A stretch of DNA of 63,269 nt, counting the filler, from Reticulomyxa filosa (taxonomy: Eukaryota > Protista > Foraminifera), in assembly GCA_000512085.1 (NCBI GenBank). It is 19 parts of 19 records of this genome, joined end to end, with 100 filler letters (N's around TTAATTAATTAA, not from the genome) between each part and the next. Parts side by side here need not be neighbours in the genome. Positions count along the whole stretch, not along the records: positions 22,672 to 29,865 come from ASPP01025153.1; positions 29,966 to 31,372 come from ASPP01039776.1; positions 31,473 to 39,468 come from ASPP01028782.1; 16 more parts are not named here. One strand, 5' to 3'. How positions within the stretch are numbered: the stretch's first letter is position 1; the number at the start of each line of letters is the position of its first letter. A program made the translations under genes and the position numbers. The notes under the pieces are model-generated. The model was not told where the DNA came from. It searched no databases and worked only from the letters and a program-made list of their open reading frames with translations. This document shows, one piece after another, positions 23,708 to 37,672 of the stretch.

Positions 23708-25041
23708 CTACCCCCAAATACGAACAGGGCCATTGGCAGAACCATAACATAGACTGATATTACTATTACTTTTGGTTTTCTTCTTTGACTCTAAAAATTT
23801 AAGACATTTATTCCACGACTTTCTTTGATTACATACAATTCTTTCTTATTTGATCGAATATCCCAAAAACGAATTGTATTATCCAATGATCCAGAACATA
23901 TCACATTAGAAATACCACCAATTTCGCTATTATCTACTACAAATGGTGAATATCCAACAGACATTATACTATGTAAATGTCCATTAAATAATCGAATTTG
24001 TTGACCAGATCGAATATCCCATAAACGAACAGTTGTGTCTTGTGATCCAGATAATATCATATCTCTTAATTCACTTGATCCATACTTTACACTAAACACA
24101 AAACCATTATGTCCTTTGAATAAAATAAATTGTTTAGTTGTTTCAATATCCCATAAACGAATACTATTGTCCAATGACCCAGAACAAATGGTATAACCAT
24201 TACCACCAATCACGCCCATACTATTACTTTTATTATTGTCATTACTTTGCAATGGTGAAATATCCACACACCAAATCCGATTTTCATGTCCATTAAAAAC
24301 ATGTAATGATTTGGGTGTTTCAATGTCCCATAAACGAATTGTTTTGTCAGACGATGCAGAACACAAATATTTACCACCATTAAATGGTGAAAATTCAATT
24401 CCATTAATCGAGTTTATGTGTTCGTCAAATACTTTCACTTGTCGATTATCTTTGATATCCCAAAAGCGAATAGTTTTATCATATGATGAAGAACAAATAA
24501 CATTACGACGATTACTATAACGGTGATATGATGAAAATTTTACACATAATACAGAGCTTGAATGACCGTTGAATAATTGAATTTGTTTGTTAGTTTCTAC
24601 GTCCCATACACGAATTGTTTTATCATTTGATCCAGAACAAATAAATTCACAATAATCAAATATAATATAATCAATACTATTCACGCAATTAAAATTTTCA
24701 GTAAATACTTTGAGTAATTTGGATGATGAACGAAACGTATCAAGCATAAAACTGGTGTTTGCCTATGTTAAATAATGATTATAAATATTTGATCATTTTG
24801 ATTGCAATAATCAAAAACAAAAATATAACATATTCAGCAACGAATTTTTCAAACTCGTGTATCCATCCTAATTTTATGTTTAATATTCGAACCCAATACC
24901 GAATGATGAATCGGATCAATTCTTCTTCTGACTGATTTTCATGCAATAATAACGTAAAATAATGAACTTTCTTGCGATTGAAATAAAACTTACCAATGAA
25001 GACCGCATTGAAATTCGTTTTTCCTTTAAAAAAGTAAACAT
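23708..25041 (-). CDS. WD40-repeat family protein, tandem copy 2; 1-nt frameshift near 23808
   Basis: Repeated GH/WD units. The family terminus LCYGSANGPVRIWG* lies in the neighbouring frame and ends at 23708. Confidence 0.88.
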
Positions 25042-25338
25042 TTTTTCAGCTTCTTTGATTTTTTCTCTTGAGAGCATCTTTAATGATGTAAGAGTAATAA
25101 ATGATTGAACTTTTTTTTTTCAGGTCAAGAAAATGGAAGCCCCGAGGAGATAAAAAAACTAAAAACAAAACGCAAAGCAAAGACAACGAAATCAATTAAT
25201 TGAAATTAGACAATATCTTTGTTTGATATCGTCCAAAAATATTTTTAGTTTATTATCTCAACTGTTGATATTATGAAAATAAAAAAGACTTCATTTAATT
25301 CATTCTAAAGAAAATTACATCAGCAAAAAAATAAAATA

Positions 25339-26679
25339 TTATCCCCAAATACGAATAGGACCATTGCATAAACCATAACACAAATTAATATAATAACCAC
25401 GTTCATTATTATTTTTGCTTTTCTTTTTCATTGGAAATAATTTAAGAGATTGTATTCCATCATCTTCTTTTATTGAACATAATTCCTTCTTATTTGATCG
25501 AATATCCCAAAAACGAATTGTAAGATCAAATGATCCAGAACATATCACATTTGAACTACCACCAACTTCAATATTGTCTATTACAAATGGTGAATATTCA
25601 ACAGCAGTTACATAACTTATATGTCCATTGAACACTTGAGTTTGTTGATTAGATCGAATATCCCACAAACGAATACTTCTATCGTGTGATCCAGATAATA
25701 TTATATCTCTTAATTCATTTGATCCATATTTTATACTTCTCACCGCATTTTCATGTCCTTTAAATACATTCAGCGGTTTAGTTGTTTCAATATCCCATAT
25801 ACGAATGGTATTATCATATGATCCAGAACAAATGGTATATCCATTACCACCAATCATACCAATATTACCATTCTTATTGCTTTGCAATGGTGACATACTC
25901 GCACACCAAACTCCAGCTTCATGTCCATTGAAAACATTTAATGATTTGGATGTTTCAATATCCCATAAAAGAACAGTTTTGTCAACAGATCCAAAACATA
26001 AATATCTGCCATCATTAAATGATGAAAATTCAATTTCACAAACATCATTAGTATGTTCAAATATTTTCATTTGTTTATTATTTTTGATATCCCAAAGACA
26101 AATAGTATTGTTAAATGATGAAAAATAAATCATATGACAATGATTTTTATGGTAATGATATGGTGAAAATTTCGCACAAATTACTCGATCTGCATAGTTA
26201 TTGAATAATTTTTTTTTTTGTTTGTTTCTAGATTCCATAAACAAATTTTGTTATCGTTTGATCCAGAACAAATAAATTGATCACCGTCAAATGTAAAATA
26301 ATCTATGCTATTTACACAACCAGCGTGTTCATTGATTTTTTTGAGTAATTTAGATGATGCTCGAAACATATCAATCATGAATATAGTAGTTGCCTATGTT
26401 AAATAGTGATAAATAATAAATGAATATTTGTCATTAAATAAAAAACAAGAAATAAAAATCATAACATAATTGACAATAAATTTGTCAAAATCTTTGATCC
26501 ATCCAAATTCAATCTTTAATATATGAAGCCAATGTTGAATAACAATTTGGATTTCTTTTTCTTCTGACTGTTCAATCATACAAGATCCCTAATGAAAATC
26601 AGCTTTTAAAAAAGTTGAAAGAACTTACCAATGATTGTCGAGCAGTTATTTCTCTTTTTTTTTTAAAAAAGGTGAACAT
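25339..26679 (-). CDS. WD40-repeat family protein, tandem copy 3; frameshift at the T-run near 26209-26219
   Basis: Same exon layout as copy 2; ends LCYGLCNGPIRIWG*. Confidence 0.85.
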
Positions 26680-26856
26680 TCTTGCAAGTTTTGTTGAGAT
26701 TATCTCAGATGATGTTTGAACTTTTTTTCAGGTTTGTTGAAGGGGTTGTTCAAAAATGCTTTAATGATATGAAGATTAAAAATTTTAAAAAGAGAAAAAT
26801 AATTATTCAAGGAAAATCAGGCTCAAGAAAATGTTTATTTTCGAATTGCAATTGAA

Positions 26857-27190
26857 TCAGATTGTCAATATCAAAACTTTTAAATTCTGAAAATATACAG
26901 ATATGATATCTGTTATCTGGTAAACATGTGTTGTTATTGTTGACGAGAAATTTCTTAAGCAATTCTCTCCAACAACCAATGATTTGTCAATGATCTCATA
27001 TTGGAGACAATTAACTTCTATTGGATTGTTTGTAACTTGCCTGCAAATCAAACAAGTAAAAAGGCCGATTTGATCCGTGCATTGAATTTCAGTAACAAGT
27101 TTTTATCAAAGCGTTGGTCAAAAGGAACTGGAGTTGCTCTAGTTTTAACATGTCCACTATTTTCTTTCCATTTTTCTTTAGTTTTACTCA
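26857..27190 (-). pseudogene. Degenerate RING/TRAF-type zinc finger gene fragment
   Basis: ICRQVTNNPIEVNCLQYE...VVGENCLRNF, with disrupted frames on both sides. Confidence 0.5.
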
Positions 27191-27762
27191 TATTCGCTTC
27201 TTGTGATTGGTTTGCTTTCTACGATTTTAGAGATTTATTATGAGCAGAAAGTGTTTTTTTTTATTGAAATAACGCGTACAAATCATTGTACAACAGAACA
27301 CAGGTAAATCTATGTACTTATGGACAATAAGAACAACAACTTCAAAAGTCTTTGTGGCTCTATATGCTATTGTGAAATTAGAAATTTTAACAATCGCAAG
27401 AAAAAACACTGAATTTAGATTGTACAATACGATTATGGGATGTTCAGTTAGAAGTAGAAATATATAAATTTAATTGATATCCTAGTAATGAAAAATAGTT
27501 ATTTTTTGCATATTATTTTCATAGCACATACAATTCTACTTTTTCTTTGGTTAAAATGTAAGTATTCAAGTAATAAATAGATTTGCTTTAAAAAAACAAT
27601 ATGCAAGTTTCACAAAATAAGAATTAATGAAAAAATAGTAAGTTTAATGTAGGTGGCTGATGAAAAAGAGGCAATTTTTTTTCAAAAGTTTCAAGTTTTA
27701 CAAATCTCTATTCTACTATCAACTAGTATGTTGAAGATATTAGTGATTTGAAAACTTTGTAG

Positions 27763-29865
27763 CTAGAAAGTAATCCAATCAATTTCTCCATTATTAATCC
27801 ATCTTTGGTATTCCATCACTTGGGCATCATCAATTTTCATAATTTCGACAATTTTTTGAAAAAAAACCATTTCTGTCTGGAGAAAATTATCTTTGGGATT
27901 GAAGCCCTTCGAGTGCTGCAATAATTGTTTGGCATATTCATAATATACTGAGCGCTGCAATAATCGTTTGGCATGTTCATAATATATTCCTGGTCTTGCC
28001 GCAATGATTTGTTTGCTCTTTTTTCTTGAAAAAAGAAATTGAGGAAAGATCCAGTTGTCAGATGTCAAATCATGTATAGTTCGTTCTGGTAAATACATAC
28101 AAAGTTGCACATCGCAACATTTGTTGGGCAATGATAGCAAATCTTCCCAGTACCTAATATCTTCTGTGTTTCTAATCCCCAGCCAACCAATTTTGAGTAT
28201 TGTTTCTGTCGGCCATTTGATAAAACAAGGATTCCAAACTTTTATTTTTTTTTGGATAGACCAAATTATTTCATGTTTTTTTTTTTGTGCATACAAAAAA
28301 AAAAACAAACAAACCTAATTTATTAATACGTTTGCATCGGCTCAAATCTAGTCGAACACATAATGGACGGTTCCGTTTTTGCTTGCCATCTATCATCAAC
28401 CACTCCAAAGTAGATGGAATTTCAAGTATATCTTCTGAATTTTCGTGTTCACCAAAGTAATAAAATGCCAGCAAGTTTGGACAAGAGAGCAACAAATGAT
28501 TAAGAAATTTAATTTCAAAGGGTTCTTGCTTTTGCTGACAATCAAAAGAAGGATCGGGAAAAAATGTTGACAAGGAGCTATTGTAATCACTAAAATTACA
28601 TGTTTCAACAACTTCAAGCACTTGTTTCCAATTGCAATATGCACACGACTCTGTCGATAAGTGGTTAACTTGGAGCGTTTTCAATTGTGGCATTGATTCC
28701 TTCACATTAATGGAATTAAAGCAGCTGCCGATTTTGATATTTTCCAGCTCTAAATGCACTAAATTTGGAAGTACTGGAAAAACTATCATTTGATCAAATG
28801 CATGTGTCACTGTCAATTTTCGAATCGATTTGTGGGCTTTATTCAGCATTGCAATAAATAAATTTATTTGCTCCTTTGCAAATTTCTATATGTATGTATG
28901 TATACACATATATTCTTTATTTATTTATTTGTAATTTTAAAAATAAAAAAGAAATAATAACTATTTTCTTTTTCCAAAACAAATAGCTTTTAGGAAGTAA
29001 TGCATTGAATTTCTGTTTTTCGATTTCGTCATCAGCTTTCAACAGATCAAGAATGTTCCATCCATTCCCGTCTCTGTTGTTTGCCTCTGTTTCATTTGTT
29101 TTTTGTGTGTGTTCTTTCTCTTCATTTTGATATGTGAAATCAATCCATTCCTCCCATCAGAATGTATTGCATGGCATTACTCATCGCCAATGATCCTTCT
29201 TGACAAATATGTGCAAATTCATCTCCTATTTGAATATCCTTCCATATATTCGTATCAACAGCAACAATAGCAGAAGCATTGCCACTGCCATCATTACCAC
29301 TATTGTCACTGCTATTTATATAATGCATATCATCAGAATCATTATTATTGTTATCATTTTCCTCGTCTATAACAAGTGCAATTTTTCCTTCATTTATTTC
29401 AACCACAAATTTTGTGAAACTGTGCCAACCAAATCGAAACTTGTCGGAAGTACCATACAATGACTCTAACCATTCCCGCAGACACAGAATGTGGTCATAG
29501 ATACACTGCACTCGCACAATCGGATCGTTGGTATTTGGTTTTTTTCCTTTTTTCCTTAGAGCAATTGCATTGTCCAAACTAAGTATATACTCACGCAAGG
29601 TCTTTTCCGAACACTTCCAATTTGCTATATAATTATGTAATGTTTATGTATTCATAAATATAATATCAAACGTGAAATACTATCAAAGTTGTCTTTTCGT
29701 AGTTGTTTTGCAAAAGAAAAAGAAAACTGTCTTGAAAAGGGAACCGTTGAATATCGAAGTGAAGTGATGCCCTATTCTTTTTGGACAAGACATCATGTTT
29801 AACAAAAAAGAATGGACGATCAGGAGGAGTGTTGTTGACATTTTTTGCAGTGACCCAGACAAAGT
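27763..29865 (-). CDS. Multi-exon hypothetical protein with LRR-like segments; 5' truncated
   Basis: LPNLVHLELENI, MPQLKTLQVNHL, CPNLLAF, IPSTLEWLMI, LDLSRCKRINKLGL; co-oriented ORFs separated by intron-like sequence. Confidence 0.5.
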
Positions 29866-31472
29866 NNNNNNNNNNNNNNNNNNNNNNNNNNNNNNNNNNN
29901 NNNNNNNNNTTAATTAATTAANNNNNNNNNNNNNNNNNNNNNNNNNNNNNNNNNNNNNNNNNNNNGTCTTGACGCACACTCAACCGTCGCTGTGGCTGTA
30001 GCATATCTGCTACTGGTCGCAGTTGTGGTGTCATGTTTTTCTTTCCGAGGATCCCTTTTTTCGTTATGTTTGCAATTGTTTTCAAAGTCGAGATCCTCCA
30101 AAGCAAACTTTGTTGACGTTCGCCAAGTTTACTTCTTTCCACTGTTGGATATTCTATGGGAGAGTCCTTTTTTTTTTTTTTAATTGTATCTTTTTGACAA
30201 GAGACCACAGATTTAAAAAAAGATGTGTGTTTTTTTACAGGTTATTGTATACGTTGTTTCTCTCCCCTTAGCGACTACTTTTTCATCATCGACGCAAACA
30301 AACAAAAAATAAAATTTATATTTGTCAATCTGATCACCACCCCTGGAATGTTCAGAAAGTATAATTTTGTTGAAATGGTAACACGTCGCTTTTTTTTTAG
30401 TACCGCTGAAGATGTACATGCCAAATATCATCGGGTTGATTGTGTACATATTTACCTGTGGTTTTTCCTCTTTTTTCTCGTATTTGGTATTGAACATTTT
30501 TCCCATTGATGACAATTCCGAAAAAGAGGAACTTTTCGATTTCATCCCAAATTTGATCATTTCTAACTTTTTTATGCCTTGTTTTTCAGAATCCCTTTTT
30601 TATAAGATAACAAGTGTTCTGGATAGTCAAGGAATTGAAGTATTAGATTTGAAATGAGTTTGATCACAATAAAGTGATAACAAAATACATAAAAACATGA
30701 CCTTACTAAACAGATTGAATGAAACAACAAAAAAAATTAGTGTCCTCACTTGACTGTAAAGATAGATGTACAATGTCAATTTGAATGTTGCCAATGTCAG
30801 GAGAGATCAAAATAGACAAGCGTATTTGTTTGAGCCGTGATGATAGCGCTCTTCTTTTGAATGATGTTATTGTTTTGGGTGTATTAGGTTTACACTGATT
30901 ATTTTCTTTCTTTTTCGGCAATTGTTGCACTTTGCAGAGGAATACACTGGTGAAGGAACTCTCAAGAGCGAGTTCCATGTTGTAGAAGTTTGCTTTGCTA
31001 GGTTGTTTAAGAGAAGAGCCGAAAGCACGGTTGTAATGTCCAAGAGAATTTTTTCTAAAAAAAAGGGAAAACTTTTTCTGTTCAACAGAAAAATCATTAC
31101 TCAAGAAAAAATAATGAATCATTCTAAAAAAACAATTTTAATTTTCAATTTTTTGTAATTAATCCTTTTTTTGGAATCACAATTATAGAAATACAATACA
31201 AAAATTTTAATCATTTTTCATAAATTTTTTTGTCAAAAATCTCAAAATATTCCCAAAAAATTTGTAAATTTGCATCTTTTTTGTAAATATTTATAAGTTA
31301 TGAATTTACGTTTTAATGAAAAAAAGGTTTTTTTTTTTTGGTTGTATCTCTATGTCTCTCGTACCAGTCCACNNNNNNNNNNNNNNNNNNNNNNNNNNNN
31401 NNNNNNNNNNNNNNNNTTAATTAATTAANNNNNNNNNNNNNNNNNNNNNNNNNNNNNNNNNNNNNNNNNNNN

Positions 31473-32230
31473 AACCTGAAGCCAGCGTATGACAATGTGA
31501 CAGTGTTGGTGAATCTGAAGAAGCGAGCATTGGAGCAAGGAGAGAGAAGTTTGCAAGCAGCGGCCAGCGTAATAAGCAGCAGAACCATAGCAGCGGACAC
31601 TTTAGTATTTTGGAGACAGTGGCAATAGAAAATCAGATCCGATCGAACATCAGTGACTCGTTGTATTTGGGAGTGGAAATACCTAATGTGTTAGTGACGA
31701 CATTGGCAATCTGTGAAATCGAAGATGCAAAGGGTGACATGGATCGTATTTTGAAAGGGACAAGTCGTCAATGGTCACAATGGAGACAAGAAGATAATAA
31801 TAATAACAATAATAATATTAATAGCAATAATATAAGTAATGAAAGTTTGAATGATAAGAAAATCATCAACAACGGCATTGAAGCAATGCAAAGCAAAGTG
31901 AAACAGGAGATATTGAATGATCAGTGGCAGTATATTGACGGCGACCAGCATGTGACGGACGACAACAAAGACGAACCGGTGCAACAGTTTCTGGCGAAAA
32001 TGGACAACTTCATGGAAGACTTGCAATTGGTAACCACGCATATCCATCCTTGCTTCCCGCCCAATACAAGATCCTGCCCTTTTATATCGACAACTATCTG
32101 AAGATCCTGACGATTCCCTTGATGAATCGTCTGGACGCAAACATGGTGAAGATCCAAGAGCGACTCAGCATTGTGTCTTGGATCGACCGCTTCAAGCGCA
32201 AAATCGAAGATCTGAGGAGCAAGCGCCATA
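31473..32230 (+). pseudogene. Exocyst Sec6/EXOC3-like fragment with a frameshift near 32062
   Basis: EDLQLVTTHIHPCFPP, frameshift, then YKILPFYIDNY...LSIVSWIDRF; resembles the Sec6 CFPP.Y.I..FY motif. Similarity is lost after about 32230. Confidence 0.6.
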
Positions 32231-34227
32231 TTTGTATCTATGTCAAATATAAAAATAAAACTACAGTGATATCATATTAACTTTTTAAACCAATTTAAAT
32301 GGTTAGTGTTTATTACAACAGGAATCGGAAGTTTTTTTTTTTAAGCTTGGAATAATTGATTCAATGACTCAAGAGATTTCAGAAAAGAAAAAACTAGATG
32401 GCGCATGCACATTGACTGTTGAAAAATGGAGATGGTAATATTACAGAGCTAATTTTAGATACGTCCATTTTTTTTTAGTTTGTACATCCATTGTACCGAG
32501 CATTGCAAAAAATGAACGAAAAAAGTTACAGTTAAAATTTACAAAAAAACAAAGACCAGTATCACCAGGCATGTGTCAAATTGCTTGGACAGGATTTAGG
32601 ACCTTATAAACTGTATTATTTCTTAAATACTTTGGCTTTGCATAATAATGTTGATCGAGCGGGATCATGTTTGTCAATTTGAACAATTCCTGGAAAAGAT
32701 AAATACATATCAGTGTTGATGTCTGCCTTGTGTTCAAATTCAAACCATTCAATAATAGATTCTTGTGGAGTATTATCTTGATTGGAATGGAATTCCAAAG
32801 GATAAAGTAACAAAGTTTTTTCATTAGTTTCCATGCACAAAAGACACTATATTACTTCACAACGCTTTGCGATGAAGGCCTTGGTCACACTTGTCACTTC
32901 TTCGTTTCTATGAGTATCAACTGTATTCCTTATTGTCAGGATATTAAAAAAAGATCAATGAAACTGTTTGATGATATCGACGTAATCGAAATAGGTGGAC
33001 AGGACATCATCATAAATTTGATTGACGATATTTTGACATAAAGATAGCGACGCATTTTCATTTTTAGAATATTTGGAACAATGTTTTTCAAATGCGACAA
33101 AAGTCATATATGTTTGATTGTCTATCAACGCGATCATAGGTCTTTTTTTTTTGAATGCTGTGTTACCTTTCTTAAAAAAAACTATAAAAAAAAACCTTTA
33201 AAACGTTTGCCTTTTCGCAAATTATATAATAATAACAAGAGATGACTGTTTGAAATATGACTTCTTTTGCCAGTGTTAAATTTTTGCCTGGCAATGCTTG
33301 GAGCATTTCTCAATGCTATTTTGTTTTAAAAACAAAAAGTAAGATAAAGAAGTAAAATAAAAATCAGTGCACAGAACTGTAGAGTAAATGCCAATGTAAG
33401 TGCTGTCAAATTCAGCAACGATATCATTGTGTCCAGGAATGTCCGATTCAAGATTATCGATAATGATTTGGTCGTTGATTTTTTCATTTTCATTTGCTCC
33501 CTTCCAATAGGGGATGTGCAATTTTTTGTTGAAATCTTGATACGATTTTTCAATAACTTTTCGCTTTCTTTTTTCAATATCTTTCTTTATTTTCTATCTA
33601 TTTTTTATTCATTTAATTGTGAAATTGTATCCATTTACAATGTATACAAGTTGTGTTGTTAAAAATAGCAACTGAGCTTCATTCAACAATTTCTTGTTTG
33701 CTGTCTAAGGGAGCATGGCTGTTGTGTTCTGAACGTCGTCTTAATAACGGCAGATTTTGATCCAAATTCAACTTCAACTTTGACACAATCTCTTTCATTG
33801 ACTTGCCCAGGCTTTGCCTTTTTAAAATGTAATCATTTGGCTGTGCCGAAAATGCACTCCACTTTGATTTCCATGTATTTGTTTCCTCTTCTTTTTTACT
33901 TCCTTTTCTTCTCCTTTTTCTTTTTCCTTTTCTTGTGCCTGTTCATTTTCTTTTTCCTTTTCCATCCCTTTATCATGATCCACCAATAAAACGTATATAA
34001 CTAGATTTGATCATCCGTAATAATTTTTGTTTGTGTGTTTTAAACTATTTTGATAAAGAAATCATGTGTAACGGTATTGGATAATGAACAAATGCAGACA
34101 AGCTGTAAGCGAATGAAAAATATATGCGTATTACAAATTTGATATATTGTAAAATTTCATAAAATTCAACTGTCAAGGTTTAGTTCCCTTTTTTGCTTCT
34201 AGTAAAAAATTTAGCAACATTAATAAC

Positions 34228-34428
34228 ATGAGCAATTACAATACAATACAAAAAACTTTTGAACAAAGTCAATATATTATTGCAACTCCCTTTCAAGATT
34301 TGAAAAATTTGCCCACTCCATTTGACCAACCTCAATGTGTACTACACAAACGCGAAATCCTCATTTGTGGAAATCAGCCTAAAGGAGCTTGTTACTCTTA
34401 TCATAGGTTAAAAACAAATACGTGTTGA
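34228..34428 (+). pseudogene. Truncated 5' fragment of a Kelch-like family gene
   Basis: TPFQDLKNLPTPFDQPQCVLHKREILICG...CYSYHRLK, then abrupt loss of similarity. Confidence 0.7.
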
Positions 34429-35233
34429 AGGGAGTGTTATGATGAAAAAAAAAAAACTATATTTAGTAGTCTTAACATCTAAAAAATGTTGTCTGGCAAT
34501 CTGTTCTCAATAAAAGAAGATTCAGTAACAATTCAATTTGAACCAACAGTGATGGATAAAGCTGCACAAGAATGTTGGTTCGAATGTTTGACGAAATATG
34601 TAGGGATAAGACCACAAGTAAAAGGCGGTCAACAGAAAATTTCAACGAAGCAACGTCGTATTGTAGTGATTTTTCTGCGTTGAAAGGCCTTTCAGTCCAT
34701 TTTCATTTTTCAAATATGGTATTTTCAGTGCCAGTGATAAGTTGGTTATGTGAACTTTTGAGTATTTGCACAGACACTCTTGAACATTATGAATGTTATT
34801 TTGGTGTAATGCCACGAGTATCAGAGAGCAATAACCAAGATGAATATATGAATCAAAATGAAAATAATGACAAAGAGGAATGGAACACATGTTTGCAAAT
34901 GATACATAAAATGGATGATAAATTGACAGCATGTAAAAAATTGGAAAGTTATAATATAATGTTTACGGAAGATAATGAAGTATGGCAAGAAGACATGTAT
35001 CATCATTTAAATTGGAAACGAATGAACATATCAAAGGACATGACATATTTGAAATAATTGAAAAAGATAATAATAGATTTGACCATAGCAATAACAATAA
35101 CAGATTCAAATCAGGAAGAGATCAGTTGTGGGAGTACTTTGAAGGAAGGATCGAAAAATGGGAGGACATTGAAATTTGATTGCCAACATCAATGACCGCT
35201 TTGTTTGCATGTACTGTGTCTTTGGCAAATAGA

Positions 35234-35857
35234 AACGCATACGTAGGGGACGAAGCTGTTTCAAAAAGGTGAATATTAGTAATTAAATATCCAGTTGAGC
35301 ATGGAGTCATTACCAACTGGGACGCGGAGAAGATCTGACGTCATAATTTTTATAAGTTTGTAAATGTGTGTTTAACATATCGGTACATATACTGTAACAA
35401 AAAAAAAAAATAAAACTTTTTTTTTGGGGGGGATGAAAAAAAAAGTGAACTACGTATAGCCCCCGAAGAATACCCTTTATCAATGACGGAAGTAGCGTTT
35501 AATCCCAACGCGAATCGAGAAAAGACGACACAGATAATGTTTGAAACTTTCAACGTGCCAGTGCTTTACCTTGCTCCACAGATACTGTTGACATTGTTTT
35601 CAACAGGACGTCCAACAGGTCTGATGGTGGAGACTGGCGATGCTGTGACGACAGTAGTGTCGGTGAATGACGGAATTTGTTTGCTACGTGCGTCATCCAA
35701 GATAGACATTAGCGGACAAGACTTGACAGACTTCCTGAGATGTCCCGAAGCCATGTTCCAACCCAACTTGATTGGGAGAGAGCAGGCAGAATTACATCAG
35801 ATTATTGCGAATTGCATTCAAAACTGCGACATAACTCTTCGCAAAGACACAATATAA
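35234..35857 (+). pseudogene. Actin/actin-like pseudogene: unprocessed, two nonsense codons, internal deletion
   Basis: [38 protein letters not shown], intron 35356-35445, ELRIAPEE...NREKTTQIMFETFNVP...GQDLTDFL joined directly to RCPEAMFQP. Confidence 0.9.
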
Positions 35858-36643
35858 ACACAAAACGGTGTGATCAGCATACTGGGATTGACGCTACGGA
35901 TTTACGGCCTTTATAGTATTGCTACTTGGAAGCATATTCGTGTATGTGAACGACAAACGGAGCCAAGCCAATGAAGGGAGCTCTGGTAAGAGACCAGATG
36001 ATGGAGGAAACAGAAATAGACCCTTCGAATTCGAACTATCAGTGACCAGCCAAGGTCCCGTCGGCTGTTAGATGAATCGACAATTGAATCAATCAAAGGA
36101 ATTACACAAATTTTGATTGATATGCTGCCGTTTAACAGTCGGTATTTGGAAAAAATGTTACACACAAAATGTTCAAATAAAATATGATCAAGAAAAACCA
36201 CAAGATTAAAAGAAAGAAATGTTCGCATGAATGTTAAAACCACCTTTTTTTGTTTTAATTTTGTGCGTGCGATGCAATTGTGGTGATGATACCCCAATTC
36301 AAACGAAAGAATTGCTCGTTGGTTTGAATGGTGTCGGATTTAACTCTTTTCTCTTTTTCTTGAATTAAAGCTTTGCTTTTCTTTTTGGTCGTTTGTTTGA
36401 CGTTGTGATATTTTCAATCGCATGTAAATAAACTTTTTAAATAGTACATTTTTTCATTTAACACAAGTTAAATCTTAAAATTTTTCTATTCAAACAAATA
36501 TGTTTGTAGCAATATAATTCTTCATGATATTTTTCGAAACAGATGAAATCATAACTTAACTTGACAGTAAAGTCGCAAATCTTTCAAAAAAAAAAGCATA
36601 TTTTTGATTCAAATTTAGGAGCACATACAAATATGATGAATTA

Positions 36644-37411
36644 ATTTAAGACACCGCTAAATCGCAAAGATGCAGTCATTGCGGAGATAAATTTCAAATT
36701 ATCAACATCTGGTTTGTCAATTCACAATTGTTTCTGGCAGGCCTTGTTATCTAATAGTAAAGAAACTTCGGCGTGGTCCAATAACAAATGAGTCGCCAAC
36801 AAAGCATTGTAAGGTCCAACCACGCAGGTGGACAAATTTGGTGAGGGATATACCTCAAAGCCAATTTTTCGCTTCTTTCTGAAACCAAACACCAAACAAT
36901 CTAAAATTAAGGCACCCAGCCCTGAGCCAGTGCATCCGCATAAACTGTGTCCAATAGCAAAATCCATCACGTTGTCGCAATTGTCGACAAATTTTCTCAA
37001 TTGGTTGTTCACTTTATCGATAATTTGTTTACTGATAGTGTAATGATCACAGGCAAAGTTGTTTGCTGCGTACTCTTCCATGGACCAGAAACTCAGGTTG
37101 GAATATGGCCGCAAAAGGGCCGTTTTTAACATCATCAATAACGTTTGGTTCCAATTCGACCTATTTATCTTGCTACTTATACGCATGAGGAAAGACTAAA
37201 CCCAAATAGAGCACTTAACTGCAATGTCATAACGAACAACTTTGCCACTACATGTCTCTTCAAAGAATACTTTGAAAGAGTCATCCTTTCCTGAGTTCGC
37301 GTTTCTTTTGTTGCCATTATCAATTCCGTGCTCTGCACAGTATTGCTCACAGATGTCGTTGCCTAATTGTATGCCGGCCTGGCCTACTTCAATTGTGAGA
37401 ACTTCTCTCAT
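36644..37411 (-). pseudogene. Alpha-tubulin pseudogene of the divergent retarian alpha2 type
   Basis: MREVLTIEVGQAGIQLGN..EQYCAEHGI, VELEPNVIDDVK, AANNFA, DNCDNV, CGCTGSGLG (from GGGTGSG), YPSPNLSTCVVGPYNALLATH, ISAMTASLRF. Frameshift near 37075, stop codons, no C-terminal half. Confidence 0.9.
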
Positions 37412-37672
37412 TTTTTTTAATTTATCAAACAACTGAAAATGACACAAGAACTTGAACAAAAAAAAAAAGTTTTAGGTTCAACACTTGGGCCTTCCTCAAA
37501 AAATATTTGAACCAAAGGTTAATTTATACACACGTATTGTATGGTTTTGAAAGTTCAAAGAATTCAACGAATTCATTTTTTAGACTTTTCAAAAGAAAAT
37601 ATTTGAAGTCCACTATTTGCAAGTGAACATATATTGTAAGGGGGGAACTAGTCTGATTTGTTTTTTGTGTAA

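Noticed and set aside
23791-26244. Periodic cgaatatccca motifs as a nucleotide repeat array
   Set aside because: They are the WDI(R/E) codons of WD40 repeats.
35270-35338. TGA reassignment (alternative genetic code) in the actin-like sequence
   Set aside because: One TGA is at a Gly position and one at a Trp position, the copy has other lesions, and intact genes here (SGT, GPAA1) end in TGA.
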